Shown: one piece after another, positions 52,601 through 63,790 of the stretch
Layout of the letters: each line of letters begins with the position of its first letter
Numbering within the stretch: position 1 is the first letter of the stretch
NCBI GenBank assembly: GCA_000708835.1
Contig: DF237444.1
Span: 4,217-68,216, forward strand
Length of the DNA: 64,000 nucleotides
From: Klebsormidium nitens
Lineage: Eukaryota; Plantae; Klebsormidiophyceae
Reading direction: 5' to 3'
Notes under the pieces: generated by a model
The model's input: the letters and a program-made list of their open reading frames with translations, nothing else
Databases searched by the model: none
Told to the model about the DNA's origin: nothing
Made by a program: the position numbers and the translations under genes

Positions 52601-54736
52601 TCCGCTGTTGGACATCTTACATGGCTTCTTGGCCAGTTTTATATTCGACCCTAAGAGGTAATCGATGTATGAAAGTACGGCCCAACCCCTTCAAAGCTGG
52701 GGTGCTCCACCCGTTCCTTGTCTTCATAGATCCAGAATTGACAAGGAATCGAACTCCTTTACACCTCGCAGCAGTTGCCTCTTTGAAGCTAACACCGTCA
52801 AAGACGAAGCTCGCGGGTCTCACGCGCTCCTCATGTTGACCTGCCTGCAGAGGTGCATGTCTGCCGAGGAGAAGGCCGAGTTTGACCGGCGGAAAGGCGT
52901 GTTCAAGACGAGCAAGAAGCTGAAGCCCGCCCCCGCCACTGCCGCTCCCGCACGGGCCCGGGCAGCCCGAACGACCCCGGGACACCTGCTGCACGTCTTC
53001 CGAAGCGGTAAGGCCCGCCACCGAGAGTAGAAAGAGTACCGGGCCTCGGGCCCGGGGGACATTTGCGTCCTTGTGGCTCGAATTTTGGCCAAATACATCG
53101 CTTATCCGCTGGACTTCTTTGTGCATACTTGAGAGGCTCGATTGAACGTGCGAGCACTTCATGTGACAAGCGCACGGACTTCCCGCCAATCCCGAATTGC
53201 TCAGGTGTCTCGTGCCTAAGAGCTTCCTTTCTCGGCGTCTGATACACCGATCTCAGAAAGGCCGGTGAGGTTCTACTCGACGAGAGTTGGAGGATCATAC
53301 GTCATGATCGTCGGACCGTCCCGTCTGCCTTCAGCAAGTGGCGGAATGCTTCTGATTTCGAGGTCTTCCTGCTCTAGAATCATTTTCCCCCCCTGAAATC
53401 AATTCGCTGGCCGAGACTTATCTCTAGACGACAAGTCAACATCTCGTTCCGGCTAACCCCGTTGGGGTTTCTGCCTGTCCAGGTACCCTCCAGGCCGTGT
53501 CTGCACGTCTTGAGGAGGCCATGAGCGGGATGTCGGACGGAAGAGCGAGGGACCTGATGCGCAATCGGCCCCGCCTGGTGACGGAGACTGCTCGCCGTGA
53601 GTGCCTGTCAGATCGAATTCAGTCCTACGGCTTGCAGTGCATATCATGTCGGTCTTGTGCAATTGCTTAGCAGGAGAAGCCTCGGGCATTATTCCCTGCG
53701 AAAGCCCATCCTGAAGAAGGGGCCGCTATTCGACAAAGCTTTATGCGACTAGGATTTAAACCGCTGCTTATCCCTGAAGCCGGTCATTGACTAAGCATCC
53801 AATGCCGCACGAGCACCGGTGAATCGCTTCTCCTCACCTTCCTCTACAGGCACGTCAATATTGGTCCCCAACAATGCAAGATATCCAAATGCATTATGGA
53901 AGCGAGGTCCTTTCACGCTCTCTCATCACTCGCTTGTCCTAGTACGGCTGCTTGCGAGACTGTTTTTAACAGGTACAAATATCATGTAACCCTTACACAA
54001 AACGTCCGCTGATCAAGCGCTGTTGGTCTTATTAAAGGCGGTCCTCCTGCGTCTGGCCCAGCGGCACCCCCCAATCAGCCTCCGGGCGCTCCGGGCGCCC
54101 CGGCCACAACGCGCGGCACCTTCGGGCGGCCGTATATCATCGACATCCCCACGACGGCCACCACCGTCTGTGCCGTCTGCAACCAGGCCATAGGAATTGG
54201 CCGCTTCCGCCTCACTGATGCGGTGAGAGCCACAGACCGGGCCTCGTCATACAGCGGGCTCTCGACTCCGTTTAGTCGATGTCTTTACACGGGTACATGG
54301 GAATCGGGTTCCGCTGTCCACAGCTTATCCGACGACAACTCTTGCTTCTGACGTGTCATAAAGTGTCATTGCATAGCACTGCCGTAGACGATGTCGAGTC
54401 TTCGTTTGCCCGTGCTTTGGAATCTGCGCAGAAGGAATGGTGTTATTTACAATTCCTCCTCTCATTCCGTCTGCTTATAAGAGCCACTTCTGACCTGCGC
54501 AGTATGGGGACAGTGGTCAGACATACCACCTGGGCTGCCTCAGCGCCCGCGGCATGATCCAGCCGTATCAGATTGCGGGCATGGAGGACCTGCCCCCCGC
54601 GGCCCAGGCACGGGCGCGGACGATCGTAAGAGAGCCCGGAGGCGTCTTTATCCGATCACCGAGGTCAGACGATCAGGCGCCGCAAGAGGTCGGAGAACCA
54701 GGCCCCGCATTTCCAGGGGTTCCCCGTCGCCTGTAG
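49646..54736 (+). CDS. FHA-RING E3 ubiquitin ligase (RNF8/CHFR-like), predicted to end in a PARP-type zinc finger; 8 exons, ~793 aa
   Basis: Exons 49646-49900, 50105-50165, 50425-51585, 52247-52485, 52851-53007, 53483-53596, 54062 (or 54038)-54222, 54503-54736 join in frame. FHA: LGR..VSRWHAEI..DTSANGTM|VNG..LAEGDVIILG. C3HC4 RING: CVIC..LPCSHTFCGDC..W..CPTCR. FHA and RING are high confidence; the last three exons are moderate. Confidence 0.8.
54133..54627 (+). other. PARP-type zinc finger (zf-PARP) split by a phase-0 intron (54223-54502)
   Basis: Spliced: YIIDIPTTATTVCAVCNQAIGIGRFRLTDA|YGDSGQTYHLGCL..IAGMEDLPPAAQARARTIV. Matches the CxxC..I..G..R..HxxC..I.G.E.L...Q pattern. Donor G|GTGAGA; branch CTGAC at 54490; acceptor GCGCAG at 54502. 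Confidence 0.7.
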
Positions 54737-55155
54737 CTAATGTTCCAAGTATCAAAATGTACATATCTGGGACTCGACTCGCAACAAGAGTACAGGAAAG
54801 AGAATATCCGAGTGGACATGTTCTCACGAAGAACGTGATGAGCACTGTTCTAGAGCAGAGCGCCAAGGTGGCATCGAATGGCAGATTCTTACTGATGGAG
54901 TATTGAGTGAAGCCTTCGGCTGCACTCGCAAAATCGCAACAGATTTGACTCTTGGTGTTGTGTCAACTTTGCGAGTATGATGTTTAAACCTGCGTGCGTG
55001 AAGGCCCATACTTACCGCGTATTGAGCACCATGTTCAACGATGCTTCAGCCCTGAATTGAAACAGAAGTATACTAGCTCGGCCGCCACCCGATGTTCTGC
55101 CCAGCCCTCCGTATAATCAAAGCCGCTTAAAGTAGGTCGTTAATATATTAACGTG

Positions 55156-55924
55156 CACTACACAAGCTACCTATGGTGGGTGTCGGCGGTCTCGATCGCG
55201 CGACGGTACCGTCACCAAATTGACTCACCGGTGTTACGCGTCGCGACATTTCATGTACACGGTACTGACGACCGTACTCGGCCGTACTTTAGAATCCGGT
55301 CCGAGTTCATGAATTGGAAATTGTCTGACATGTCGACGAACGGTAAACTCCGGTATATTCGGCGGTACAGTACCGCGCAAGTCTGCGCGTCCGCAAATTT
55401 GAAATTTCATGGTGTTTGTCGGAAGTTCCGACTCGAACCACCTGAGGGTACCGCGGTACTTAACTTGAAAGAGGAGTGCAGGAAGTTGAAAGAAGAGTGT
55501 AGGAAAAGGCGCATTTCAAGAGCAAGCAATGCCGGCCGACTTTGAGGCTTGTATGGTGCTTATTCCGATTTGTCCTCGACATTTCCTTATGTTGGGTCTT
55601 CAAACAAACCCTCAAGGTGCTCTCCCAACATTTTTCTTTGCTTGTCAGAGCTTTCTATGGGCTGCATAAGGCTCTTCTTTGTGTGCCAGTTTGATGCTCA
55701 CACACAAGTGTAAAACATAACACTGTCTTTCACTCCTGTAACACTGACTTACGGCCGAGCAATATTGTCTGAGTACTTGTACCGCCCGAGTAACAGAAAC
55801 CTGAGTTGCCGTGACGTGAACCGCCGGTATCACTGACGGAATTCGATACGCGGTATTACAATTTTGTGGCGGTCGGAGTCAAAATTGACTCGGCCGGTAC
55901 CCACCATAGGTAGCTTGTGTAGTG
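55156..55924. mobile_element. Non-autonomous CACTA (En/Spm)-like DNA transposon, 769 bp
   Basis: Perfect 26-bp terminal inverted repeats CACTACACAAGCTACCTATGGTGGGT (55156-55181 and reverse complement 55899-55924) beginning with CACTA. CGGTA(C)-rich subterminal regions. Flanks GTG / GTC are a near match to a 3-bp TSD. No transposase ORF. Confidence 0.75.
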
Positions 55925-56386
55925 GTCCAGATCGAGCTGGTCGGCCAGAACCTCCAAGTATCTAGCTCTAGGAGCCTGGGTCCGATCGCTGCATCGCATA
56001 ATTTCCGCTTTGGTATCCGGCGCCCGGCAGGCCCCGGCCGCATATACCGTATATACTGTAGTACATACTTGATGGCTCTTGTATTCACTCAGTGCCATGC
56101 CATAAGTTTTGAGTGGGATGGTACAGGGGCACTAATACTGATGCAGCTAGTTTGTAGGCCTTGACGGTCCGTTCTTTCAAGAATTTGCGATCAACTTTGA
56201 GTATAATTGTGCGATCATTAATCATTACATCGACTCTGCTGATGAATTGTTTCCTGGCAATCAAGAAAGTGTGCGCGGGGGTATTATACACAGGTCTGGA
56301 ATGTGCATGCTGCCAGTCACTAACGACCGACTTGTTCCATTAGCGGCTATAGGAATCTCGGAGGACTTTAAGGACAAAGTAAGTTC

Positions 56387-57852
56387 CTAAGCACTCTTCT
56401 TGCCTTCGACTTGAGCAAACTTGCTGTCGACTCTCCCGAGGAGGGATCGAAGCTTGTCATTTTCTTCCAACAATCTGTCATATTCCTGAGCCACCCCGTC
56501 TGCTTGTCGTTTTAGCGCCTCAGCATTCTTCACTGCTGTCTCCGTGATCTGCTTATCTTTGCGACGATCTTCTAACTCCTGCTGCAGAGTGGTCACGGTC
56601 TCTCGGAGGATGTCCGTCTGTAAGTGTCGAATGTCCAATCAGATAGGAAGGCATGGCTTGTGGTGACCCTTTGGCCTGATTAGACGATCTGTACATACTG
56701 AAGCATTCCAAAAGGGCCAAAGGTTTGAGGTTAAGGGACTCAAAGTTGGGTAGAAGCAAGCCAGTAGAATACAAGTCTGCCTGTAATGAAGCAGTACTCT
56801 CTGGACATGAGGCGGACGCTGCCCACATCAACCTTGTCAAAATTGGATTCTACATTTCAATTGAATATACAGCGTGCAAGTTTTAGCTTAAACATGTCAG
56901 CTGCACAGCAGACAACCATCCACGACGACAATTTAATGATTTGGAGCGCACCTGCTGGCGCAACTCCTTGACTTTGGCCTCTTCTGCTGCCAGTTTTGCA
57001 CTGTAGTCCACCTGGCCGGAGGACTTTTCGTGCAGCTTCAAATACTCTGTTCCGGCATTCTTTGCTTGCCTTTGCAGAGCATCATGGCTGACCCTCAGCT
57101 TGTCCCCCTCGGTTACAGCAGCATAAACTGCGTGATCAAGGAGCACCAGCAAGAGCGACGCACCTGCAGGCAAAGAAAGGAGTACGCACATCAACCACCT
57201 TCCATCAGGAAGTTGCCCCAGTACCTAGGCGGTAGCGAGAAGGCAAGTGATTGCCAATGAAGCATTTTGCGCGACATGCCACTCCGTCTAAACAGAGCGC
57301 TGGGGCTCTTTGATTGGAAAACCAGTGCTTCGCAATGAGTCTGGCAATTCTCCAACGCATGGCAGCCCAACTATTCTTGCTGCAATATATCAGACACACC
57401 CACTAATCTAAATGTGTGAATGACACAGGTTGAGAACCAGGAATCCTGTGAGCCTGATCCTGATCTCCTATTTGTATTCATTGGGGTGTACAGCTGGCAT
57501 AGACTTTGTACCTAAGCATCATAAGCCCAGGTATGCTCCAGCTTGTCTTACCGGTTATGAATGCCTGCAGATATTCACTGTACAATGCGCTTTCTGTACG
57601 CAGCGAGTCGCCAGTGTTGAGCGCTTCCGCTTTTGCTGCTTTTACAAGCAGCCCTTGTATGCTGGCAATTGATGAGAGCAGGAACACAACGAGCGCTCCA
57701 AAGATTGTCCTGACGACCGCTGCCGCTCTGGGAATGTGAAAGAAACCGACTACAGCCAAACCCAGTCTTCTGACTGCCGGCACGGGGATGACTAGAAGGA
57801 TGCTCACAACCACTTGGAGTGACAGGAGCACAATGGACGGGAGCAACAGCAT
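56387..57852 (-). CDS. BAP29/BAP31-like ER membrane protein, 3 exons (57852-57552, 57163-56952, 56617-56387)
   Basis: Three N-terminal hydrophobic segments (IVLLSLQVVVSILLVIPVP.., IFGALVVFLLSSI.., AFITG|ASLLLVLLD), long coiled coil with ALKRQADGVAQEYDRLLEEN, and a C-terminal dilysine ER-retrieval signal KKSA*. Confidence 0.85.
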
Positions 57853-58295
57853 GATGGGCAACCTTGCACAACTCAGAGGTTGTGATAGCCAGCCACACTT
57901 CCAACCTATCCCCTTCAGAAATGAGTTGTGCCCTTCAGAGTCAACGAGGAGCAAGCAGACTCAAGTAGGCACGAAGATGATTGCAATGCAAGAAGAAAAC
58001 GCCACTAGCTTGCAAGCTCAAGCTGGGTGCGCCCAGGTAGCCAGCCACTCGCATCTGAATCTGCATCTACCTACTCATGTCATTGAACCCTAGGAACCCT
58101 AGAAACCATGGTGGTCCCCTTGCGTTTCAAGAAAGCACTTTCTTTGATCAAAAGTACTTGTTGGCAAATTTAAATCTTGGATTACAAGTGTACCGGGCAG
58201 CATTCCGGCTGCCCGGTCTGCATCCTGACCCCCGGCTTGATCACCGGCTATGGTAACGGCATGCTGGAGCTTGGTCCGTGCGGCAAGGGGCACAT

Positions 58296-58817
58296 AGCTG
58301 CCGAATCTTTTGTCAACTTTCGAAACCGGACACCGGACGGGCACAGTCAGTCGTTGTCCGCAGTGCCATATTTTGGGACGCGGTTGGTACCGGGCCTGCT
58401 TTTGCCGGACTAAATAATGCTCGGGTTAGCCTGCAAACCACATTAAAATCTTAGGAACAGTGACTTAGCCGTTAGTAGGAACCCTAATCTGAGAGCAGTC
58501 ACAGGAAAGGGAGTAACCCTAACAAACCGTCACAGGAAGTGGTGTAACCCTAACACACTATCACTGCTTTGTAGCGCGAGACCCTAAGGTCACTAGGAGT
58601 GCCCGGTTGCTTGCTGACGGTGCATACCTTTCGTACGCGATCGACGGTACCGCTCGAACCGTACCGTACTGAGTATGGTATCGGACTCGGCCCGTGACAT
58701 GTGGCAGCAAACTTGGAGCGTAGATCCTACGGACGGTACACGATCGGACGGTGAAAAGCATATGACTGCCCGCAGTCCGCTGTCCGATTTCGAAAGTTGA
58801 CAAAAGATTCGGCAGCT
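58296..58817. repeat. Inverted repeat pair (43 bp, 30 bp perfect) in the divergent BAP31-DVR intergenic region; possible MITE
   Basis: 58296-58338 AGCTGCCGAATCTTTTGTCAACTTTCGAAACCGGACACCGGAC versus the reverse complement of 58775-58817, which differs at 2 positions. Confidence 0.7.
58480..58588. repeat. Tandem 31-bp repeat (2 copies) plus telo-box-like AACCCTAA motifs
   Basis: GTCACAGGAAAGGGAGTAACCCTAACAAACC (58498-58528) and GTCACAGGAAGTGGTGTAACCCTAACACACT (58529-58559). AACCCTAA at 58480, 58515, 58546; ACCCTAA at 58582. Confidence 0.7.
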
Positions 58818-59081
58818 TTGGCCGTTTTGCGTCCGTGCGAGGGACTTGACTCTGGCTTGCATAACCGGCTTATCACTGGAATAGCCCGGGCCACGGTGAA
58901 GGATGCGGGCATTGCGGGGATTAAATCAGATATTCCAAAGTGGATAATGTTGGAAGTTCAGGAGGAAGGTCCGATCTGGAGCTAGACCCCAGTCTCAGAG
59001 TCAGAGTCTTCAAAGTTCAGCCTTCAAGTTCAGGTGGGCGCAAAAAGTGTGATTCGGGGGCACGAGGAGGCAACTGAAACC

Positions 59082-61263
59082 ATGGCTGCCTCTGCTGCGC
59101 TGTCAAAAGTGTCTGTCGGTTGCTTCCACAGCACAGTGTTGCCAAGACAGGAGCTTGGAGCCGGCATTGCGCAAAATCACTTGTGCCATGACCGTTCGCC
59201 AATTTTTTCACCGAGAGCAAAGGTGAACGCGCTTCTGGCGCCCCCCCACTTTGAAAGAAGCTCGTATCTGGGAGTTGGTACTGTTGAGGAGGCTCTTCCG
59301 CTTCTGAAGCCTGTAAGGAAAAGGTGTCAACGCACTTGCCAGGCTGCTGCCCAGCCTGTGGCGCCCAGCACGCAAGACTTCAGAAACAAACAGCCCAAGG
59401 ACATCAATGTCCTTGTGGTGGGCCCAACGGGCTACATTGGCAAATTTGTCACCAAGGAACTCATCAAGCGGGGGTACAACGTGATTGCGGTCGCGCGAGA
59501 GAAGGCGGGCATCGGCGGCAAGCAGGGGCAGGACCAGACGAAGACGGAGTTTGCCGGGGGGGACGTGCGGTTTGGAAATGCGACAGAGGCGGAGTCGCTG
59601 GAGAAAGCGGTGAACGGGGACCGTGTCGACGTGGTCGTGTCGTGCCTCGCCAGCCGGACGGGGGGTAAGAAGGATTCGTGGTTGATTGACTACCAGGCGA
59701 CAAAGAACAGTTTGGACGTTGGGCGAAAGCAGGGGGCGCAACACTTTGTGCTGCTGTCGGCCATCTGCGTCCAAAAGCCGCTGCTCGAGTTCCAGAAGGC
59801 CAAGCTGAAGCTGGAGGAAGAGCTGCAGAACACGGAGGGGCTCACGTGGAGCATCGTGCGCCCGACCGCCTTCTTCAAGTCCCTGGGGGGGCAGGTACGG
59901 GCCTTCAGCTTGGGGCCGCTTTCTCTGTTCCAGGCATGGATTTTCTCGGTTCTGTCGGTCGGAAATGAAAACAACGCTTCGGAAGACAAAAATTCGTGTG
60001 ACCTGCAGGAAATGGGGTAAGGCGAAGTACATCTTTTTTCCAAGTTGCGGTTTCTGCTCAAGGGGTGCAGGCCTTCAGGGTTCTGGTACATCATCGTACA
60101 GGGCCCACATGCCCTTCCTAACCCAACAAAATTGTAGGGCACAACTATGACATATTTGTTTGCACAGTCTGCTCCATTGGCTCTGAGCGGTGTGTCACTG
60201 CCTACCTAATTGTGGAAACCTGGAACTCTGGATTTCATCTATGGGGGTCCCACTGGGTAGCGTAATTGAAGCACTTATGGTTGGTCCAACCTCAAGCTCC
60301 CTGCCTGTGCCCTAGATCGTTGCTGCCTCTTGCAATGCAAGCTGTTTCGAAAGAAGCCATATGTTTTTCTCATCTGGTTATGTTGCGGCAACAAGGAGTA
60401 TCTGACAGTATCTTGATGCACAGTTCCAACTTACAAGCAGTGGATCTACCTGAGCCCACTGCTTTTCTCACTTTACACATGCTGGATCTTGTGGGCTGCT
60501 TGCTTTAAGCGCGCCAGATTGGCAGCTTGTCCAAGAACCAACTGATTGCTTAAAAAGGTTTTTTTCTGAAGCAGCCTTGGACATATATCCAGTGATCCGT
60601 TGTGATGCTGGAAACAAATTTGAATGTCCTGCAATCTCAGCTCGACATGGTGCTGAGCAAGCTCTTGCCTCACATCTTCAAAAACTGCATTTGTATACAT
60701 TCGTTGAAGCATCAAGTTGCTCCAGTCACAAGACTGTGTGCTTACTTCAACTCCCACCTTCTTCTCAGGTTGAGAGCGTCAAGAGCGGGGGCCCGTATGT
60801 GATGTTCGGCGACGGCAAGCTGTGCGCGTGCAAGCCCATCAGCGAAGCGGACTTGGCCTCATACATTGCTGACTGTGTTGTCAAGCCGGAGCTGGCGAAC
60901 CGGGTCCTCCCCATCGGCGGCCCTGGCAAGGCCCTCACTCCCGCGGAGCAGGGAGAGATGCTCTTCCGCATCGTGGGCCGGAATCCAAGATTCATCAAGG
61001 TTCCGATCCAGCTAATGGACGGGATCATCGGGTTCTTGGATCTGCTTTCGAAAGCTTTCCCGGCGTTGGAAGACGGTGTCGAGTTTGGAAAAATTGGACG
61101 GTACTATGCGGCGGAGAGTATGCTCGTGTTGGATTCAAAGACCGGGAAATACGATGAAGATGCCACGCCCAGCTACGGAAAAGACACACTCGAGGCTTTC
61201 TTTGAGAAGTGTGTACGGGAGGGAATGGCAGGACAGGAGCTCGGAGACCAAGCAGTGTTTTGA
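59082..61263 (+). CDS. DVR: NADPH-dependent 3,8-divinyl (proto)chlorophyllide a 8-vinyl reductase, chloroplastic; 2 exons (59082-59894, 60769-61263)
   Basis: Transit-peptide-like N-terminus, Rossmann [65 protein letters not shown]|[42 protein letters not shown]. Confidence 0.95.
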
Positions 61264-62235
61264 GCGAGGTCCTGTTTGATGGAGACGGTAGACCGGGACA
61301 CAGTTTTGACCGGGGAGGCAATGTAAAGATCAGTCACTCCTGGGGTGTTCGCAAATGACAGCTGAGTTGTTCATCCGAGAGAATAAGTACCGAAAGAATA
61401 AGCCGAGTGTCAAAGACATCCGCAACGAGGGTCCGTTTGGGGACGTGGTCGCGTATGGCTGGACACGTAGATTGAGCAGCAGATGTGTACGTCCTTGATG
61501 GCCGCTATAGCTCCGTACGTGTTGCTGAAACTGGAATGCGTCGTGTTGCTCTAACCACTATAGAAGAGATATAGCCAATCTGCAAATCCAAGAGTCCGGC
61601 AGTTGGTTGCTGAACTTCCATAACGCCCACCGGAATAAGCTAGAGTCCCGAACGGGACATATGTACGGACCGTTTTCAAAGATTGGACATTGTGCGCAAT
61701 CGACACATCTCTGATCCCTATAAGTTTGTCAATGAACATACCCGCTTGATTCGACCCTCACATCGAGGCCATGCGCAGCTGTACAGGGACATGTTGCACC
61801 TGAAGTACGTCCCTGAGCGATCCGGTGATGACCATCTGATTGTCAAGATGCTTCTCCGGACCAGTATAGTTCCCCAAGTTTCTCGAACATACTATCTGAT
61901 TGAGAGTCCATCGTTATCCTCTTGACACCTGCAGCTCCTGCCTACTGTAGCTCCAACGTTGAACTTGCTGAAGAGCAAAGCTGAACTGAAACAGAGTAAC
62001 TAAGCCTAAATTTTAGCATGGCACAAATTCTCAATTCAATAATTGAAAATGATGTTAGGCACCGACCAATCAACAACACCCGGTCGCTTGCGCCTCTTGA
62101 TTGTAAACACAGCTGGTGACCGACATGGATATCTGGTTTGGAATCGGTTCAGAAAGTCGACCAGCCCAAAACTTTGGCATGTCCCAACTTCATACACAAC
62201 AGTATACAACTTTGCATCCGACAAGCACCTCTGCC

Positions 62236-63790
62236 CTAACCAGGCTCAGAAGTACCCGGGAGGCCTGGACACCAAATCGTCATATGTTCGTCCATCCGAG
62301 AAACTTTGAAGACGCCCTTGCACCGGAGGCAGAGGAAACTGCTGCCGTCTGCGTAAGCATCCCGCACAACTTGCAAACGGCCCTCTTCAGCCAGGATGGG
62401 TACGCGACCGTTTTGCCGAGACTCGCTGTCGTCTTCCATTGGTGAGGCGTCGTGATTGCTCTCCTGGCAGGGAATCGTTAGCAGCTTCAGCCACCTCTTC
62501 CTTGTGGAGGGCCGAAGCTGAAAACTGGACAATCTTCCTGTTTCCGACCTCAGTTCTTTTTAAAAGTGAAAAGACTTGGCTGTCTCTCCGTCTTTTGGAA
62601 TGGTCGATAAACTCAATCCAAGCGTTTGACTTTCGGAAACAATTCTAGCCCTTGATATCACAAGGTCGACTTCTTTCCACCAAACCCGGATTGACATCAT
62701 ATCTCCATAATCAGACCTGACATGATTTTGGAGTGACAAATTGGTTAGGACTCTTTTGAGACCCCAACAAAACCTCTCCTGCACCCCTCTTTAAGCTTCT
62801 TGCAACAGCTGGAAGGCCTTGTCAGTATCGAGGGCAACATCGTTCAGTCGGATTAAGTTCCTGGAAACAAATGAGAAAGCTCGTCAAAATCAGGTTCCCC
62901 CCTCACTTTCCTGGTACTTTCGTCCTGAAAATAGCAGGGGCACCAGACATACCTGAAAAGCCCCAGCGCTCGACTGCGGAGCTGCACCATTCAGTGCCTC
63001 CTCAAACCCCCTCGAGTAACTGACATCTGGGACGATTGTGTCTCCGTTCTTCTCCGCAGGCCCCGCCGCACGGGAGGACTCGGCCAGGACACACTGAGCG
63101 AAAAGCGCCGCCAGCTGGTCTGCAGCGCCCTGTGGAGCGGCCCCCGACTGGTGCATCTGCCGCGCACGATCCAGAGTTTGCAGGACGGCAGCCTCGCCAC
63201 CTGTCAACCGCAGGGCAGCGATGATCTGCAAAAGATTGACAAAGCTGGTGAGTAGGCAATAAAAGTTGCGACGATCAGTGCGCGGTGCTGGCAGAGGAGG
63301 CAGCATACTAATTGAGCCGAGGTGCCGCTGAAGGCTGCCAACTTTTCTATCCAGCTAGAAATATGAACTTAGTGGGTCTACGCTTGGAAAACCTACCAAC
63401 TAACTGGACAGTCTTTCTGTAAAAAAGTTTTGAGGTGTAGCTGACAATTCAATGAGGGCGACGCACTGGGGCGTTCACAATCAGCAATTGAGAAGAACCG
63501 AGGCAGTCATTCCCAAAACAACAGTCAGCACTGCCCAATCCGAATCAGCCGCCAGCAACAAAATTTCACAAATATGACTGCCAGGATCATCGCCGGCTTC
63601 AACCCTCTCCGATCACAGCAATTTGTAGCCAGGCACACAGACCATTCCGCCGTTGGACAGTTCCCAATTCGTTTAAACCAGGACAGCCAGCGCAAGGTGG
63701 TGGCAAACTCACTGCTTCCAAAGCTGCTGTAGGTCGACCTTCGCCAATCCTCTCCCTCGCCAATGAGAGCAGAGCTGGAGCCTCGTCCAT
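62236..63790 (-). CDS. Conserved plant protein with a C-terminal C2HC zinc finger (uncharacterised family); 3 exons (63790-63713, 63225-62953, 62463-62236)
   Basis: ALLSLARERIGEGRPTAALEA|IIAALR..GGEAAVLQTLDRARQ..ADQLAALFAQCVLAE.. and ILAEEGRLQVVRDAYADGSSFLCLRCKGVFKVSRMDEHMTIWC*, a pattern I recognise from land-plant C2HC zinc-finger proteins. Introns are in phase 0. Confidence 0.8.

Noticed and set aside
53008-53030. TAG at 53028-53030 as the end of the FHA-RING gene
   Set aside because: It follows a consensus donor (G|GTAAGG) and phase-compatible downstream exons exist; treated as intronic, though intron retention could give a short isoform.
58498-58559. CRISPR-like repeat
   Set aside because: Eukaryotic context, only two adjacent copies, no spacers and no cas genes.
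59208-60032. 274-aa minus-strand ORF
   Set aside because: Antisense shadow of DVR exon 1.
61355-61498. Short protein-like ORF (MTAELFIRENKYRKNKPSVKDIRNEGPFGDVVAYGW..) downstream of DVR
   Set aside because: Under 50 codons, probably in the 3' UTR, with no recognisable family or splice support.
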